The notes beneath the pieces are model-generated. The model had not been told where the DNA came from, ran no database searches, and saw nothing but the letters and a program-made list of their open reading frames with translations. The position numbers and the translations under genes are program-made. A stretch of 62,512 bases of DNA, filler included, from Choristocarpus tenellus KU-1152 (taxonomy: Eukaryota > Protista > Phaeophyceae), in NCBI GenBank assembly GCA_964200185.2. It is 13 parts of 13 records of this genome, joined end to end, with 100 filler letters (N's around TTAATTAATTAA, not from the genome) between each part and the next. Parts side by side here need not be neighbours in the genome. Positions count along the whole stretch, not along the records: positions 59,630 to 62,512 come from CAXNAD020023947.1; 12 more parts are not named here. One strand, written 5' to 3'. This document shows, one piece after another, positions 59,945 through 62,512 of the stretch. Every line of letters starts with the position of its first letter. Position 1 is the first letter of the stretch.

Positions 59945-60379
59945 GGCAATTAGCCTCTCTTCTACTTGGTTGAACTCCATGTAGACCCACATCATGAAAG
60001 CGCGTTTGGGATCAAACTCTCTCTTCAGCACCGTTATTGTATGGTTTCCCTACAGTGTATGTCCTTGAATGGCAAGCGCAGTTTCGGCGGTGAGCTGGTC
60101 CCCATTACCTAAAAAGTCTCGCTGGATTACCACAGATGGAGCAAACTGCTCCGACCAGCCTTTCTCATGGATAGACTTGCTGACACACCCAAGGCCACGC
60201 TCGCTCAGTGGACGCACCATCTCCGTGCATGTGATGTTACCGAGTTTCATCTGGTACGTGCCGAGGTAGTGATGTTCTAGGAGCGAGGACATGCCCTTCA
60301 GATCTTTGTCCCACGTTCTCGATCCGTGGGCAGCGCCATCGGCGGGCGGGTGGGTTGTTGTTGAGCGAATGCTGGACAT
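59945..60379 (-). pseudogene. ParB/sulfiredoxin-like domain gene remnant
   Basis: MVRPLSERGLGCVSKSIHEKGWSEQFAPSVV...GHTL*GNHTITVLKR...WVYMEFNQVEERLIAN follows the ParB/Srx pattern R..L..SI...G...P.VV...(D)GxHR..A; one in-frame stop. Confidence 0.5.
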
Positions 60380-60410
60380 GGTGAAGGTTGGGAGGGTGTG
60401 ACAGGGATCG

Positions 60411-60673
60411 GAGTGAAATTATCTTAGAGGGTACGAGTTTTGCCCTGTTTGTCCATTTTGGGCTTGACTTCCCAGGGGTTTTAAATGACATACTACCTCC
60501 TCCAAAATGTTTCCGAGTAGATAAAGCGTATACGCTATGAAAAGATGTGTCCGGAACAAGGATATTGACATCTCCTAACAATCGTGATAGCAAAAATTAC
60601 ATCAAAATCGCAACATTGGATTTTGGCCCCCAAATGGACGCGGCTCTACCCTAACCCTAAGATACTTTGACTC
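60411..60673 (+). mobile_element. MITE family B, complete, TSD ATCG
   Basis: GAGTGAAATTATCTTAGAGGGTA...CCCTAAGATACTTTGACTC; flanks ATCG/ATCG. Confidence 0.92.
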
Positions 60674-60744
60674 ATCGGTAAATAACAGGTGCGCATGGTA
60701 TGTACTGAAGGGAATGAATTGAAATGAGGACTGAGGGATGGGAG

Positions 60745-61217
60745 GTGCTGCTTTATTTTATCTGGTCATTGGGTCCTCAAAACTCAGATTTGTCTTTCCC
60801 TTGACAATTGTGTGATAAAAAATACGAATATTGAACAGCATACGATTTCATATTGGAAAGAGACAGAGAGTAAAAGTTTTTTTTGACCTTTTCGTTTCGT
60901 AACTTTTAAACGTATTGGATCAATGAAGGACGTGGTTTGTAATTATATTTGTTGATGTAAAGACTAGAATATCATTATTATTTGGGTGCTGCTTTGTTCC
61001 ATCTGGTCAGTCGGTCCTCAAAACTCAGATTTGTCTTTCCCTTGACAATTGTGTTACAAAAAATACGAATATCGAACAGCATACGATTTCATATTGGAAA
61101 GAGACAGAGAGTAACAGTTTTTTGTAATCTTTTCGTTTCGTACGTTTCAAACGTATTAGATTAATGAAGGATGTGGTTTGTATCTGTATTTGTTGATGTA
61201 AAGATTAGAATATCATT
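60745..61217. repeat. Diverged tandem duplication, period about 241 bp
   Basis: GTGCTGCTTT...GGTCCTCAAAACTCAGATTTGTCTTTCCCTTGACAATTGTG...TAGAATATCATT starts at 60745 and 60986. Confidence 0.92.
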
Positions 61218-61680
61218 CTAATTTTGTAAAAACCCTAACACACGTGTTTTGGGTGTTCAACAGTAATCAGGATCACCGCTAATCTTGAATACCACAGATC
61301 CGCTTTTTGTGGTCTCTAGTGTTTATTTAAATACTAAAGACGCCAAAAAGCGGATTTAGTATTTAAATAAATAGTGGGTACCAGTTGGAAAGACTTTCTT
61401 TTAGTTTCTGAATATTGGAAACGTGTGAGACCCATTAAGTGCGTTCTTGGTATTTTTAAAAACCCTAAGAACGATTATTACTGGATTTACTATTTAAAAA
61501 ACCCTAACGCACGTGTAAAGTGGATCTTTGGGTATTCATCATTAGCACTGATCACGTTTAACCAAAGAAGCACTTCTTATCAACTCTAAAGTTTATGACA
61601 ATCGATATGTCCGATTTGGTAAGATTTTGTACTTCAAATATGTAGAGGGTTAGAGTTATTTTTGACGTTTTGGTTACTGA

Positions 61681-61990
61681 ACATTGGAAACATACAAGAT
61701 GAATGAAGTATGTGCTTTGTATTTTAAACTATTTGTAAGTACGGATATAATTGGATTTACAACTTCCTAAAAACGTAATACACGGTTTTTAAGGATCATG
61801 GATCTCAGGGTGGTCCCATGAATAGCCCAGTGCTCAAACAAAGTTGGTTTCGGAACGTTGGAAACGTACAAGATCAATGAAGTAGGTGCTTTATATTTTA
61901 AACAATTTGCAAGTACGGATATAATCGGATTTACAACTTCCTAAGACCGTAATGCACGGATTTTCAGGATCATGGATCTCAGGGTGGTCC
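61681..61990. repeat. Diverged direct repeat of 136 bp, period 174 bp
   Basis: TTGGAAAC.TACAAGAT...GGATCATGGATCTCAGGGTGGTCC at 61681-61816 and 61855-61990. Confidence 0.92.
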
Positions 61991-62512
61991 GACGGATCGT
62001 GCGGAGCTCAAACAAAGGTTATACGCCTGGCTTCGAATCTCATCACTCCTAGACCGCCTGTTGCCCGAAAACACCATGACAAACAAGTCCAACAACTTGC
62101 CCGAGAAAATAGCTAAATGTAGATCGGCGTATCTGACAGGGTGGAAGGGAGGGACAGATCGCAACAAACCATATCTTGGGCATGACTGAGATATTCGTAC
62201 AAAGAGGTCGATCATCATATATTGTCAATACTTATATGCTCTCAGTGGTAGCTTCTTCTTCTACTTGGCCACGATAGCAATAATTGATAAACAATTTAGT
62301 AATATGGGAAAATAAAACTTCTCAGTCAGTCAACCATCCATAACGACGATGAAACGCCACCCCGAAAAAAACTACTTCGAAGTACTATTTTTTTCTACCA
62401 CCTCCACCATCGACAGTCAAACGACTCCACCGACTGCACAAATTATTCAAGTAAGCAATCCAATGCAGGGCATACATGTGCATGACGATCAAACGAAATC
62501 ATTGCCGCCCCC

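Noticed and set aside
37541-60379. PrimPol + MBL + exonuclease + ParB as one defence or replication cluster
   Set aside because: The genes lie on different contigs joined by artificial spacers, and the first three are ordinary intron-containing genes.

Overview
Eukaryotic, intron-rich genomic DNA from a fragmented draft assembly. The window holds 13 contigs of about 3-8 kb joined by twelve artificial 100-nt spacers (44 N + TTAATTAATTAA + 44 N), so neighbourhoods across spacers are not reliable. Long introns, short TTAGGG tracts and flagellar genes suggest a stramenopile, probably brown-algal-like (inference only). Host genes are partial, multi-exon and reconstructed by hand from splice phases: a GBD/FH3 formin, a UBR-type N-recognin E3 ligase, a MORN3-like/EF-hand protein, an ODAD1/CCDC114-like dynein docking protein head-to-head with PrimPol, an MBL-fold hydrolase, an EXD1/Egalitarian-like exonuclease with a LOTUS-like N-terminus and a frameshift in its ExoI motif, and unknown genes. 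Transposon relics include Ty3/gypsy, Ty1/copia, an RTE LINE, a mariner and probable Helitron remnants. The main unexplained structure is a dense pair of related MITE families (about 20 copies or fragments) with shared termini and mixed 3/4-bp target duplications. There is also a decayed ParB/Srx-like gene in a segment rich in duplications and palindromes. I found no RNA genes, CRISPR arrays or prokaryotic operons, and I cannot demonstrate a complete novel system from this sequence alone. All protein family calls rest on recalled motifs, not database searches.
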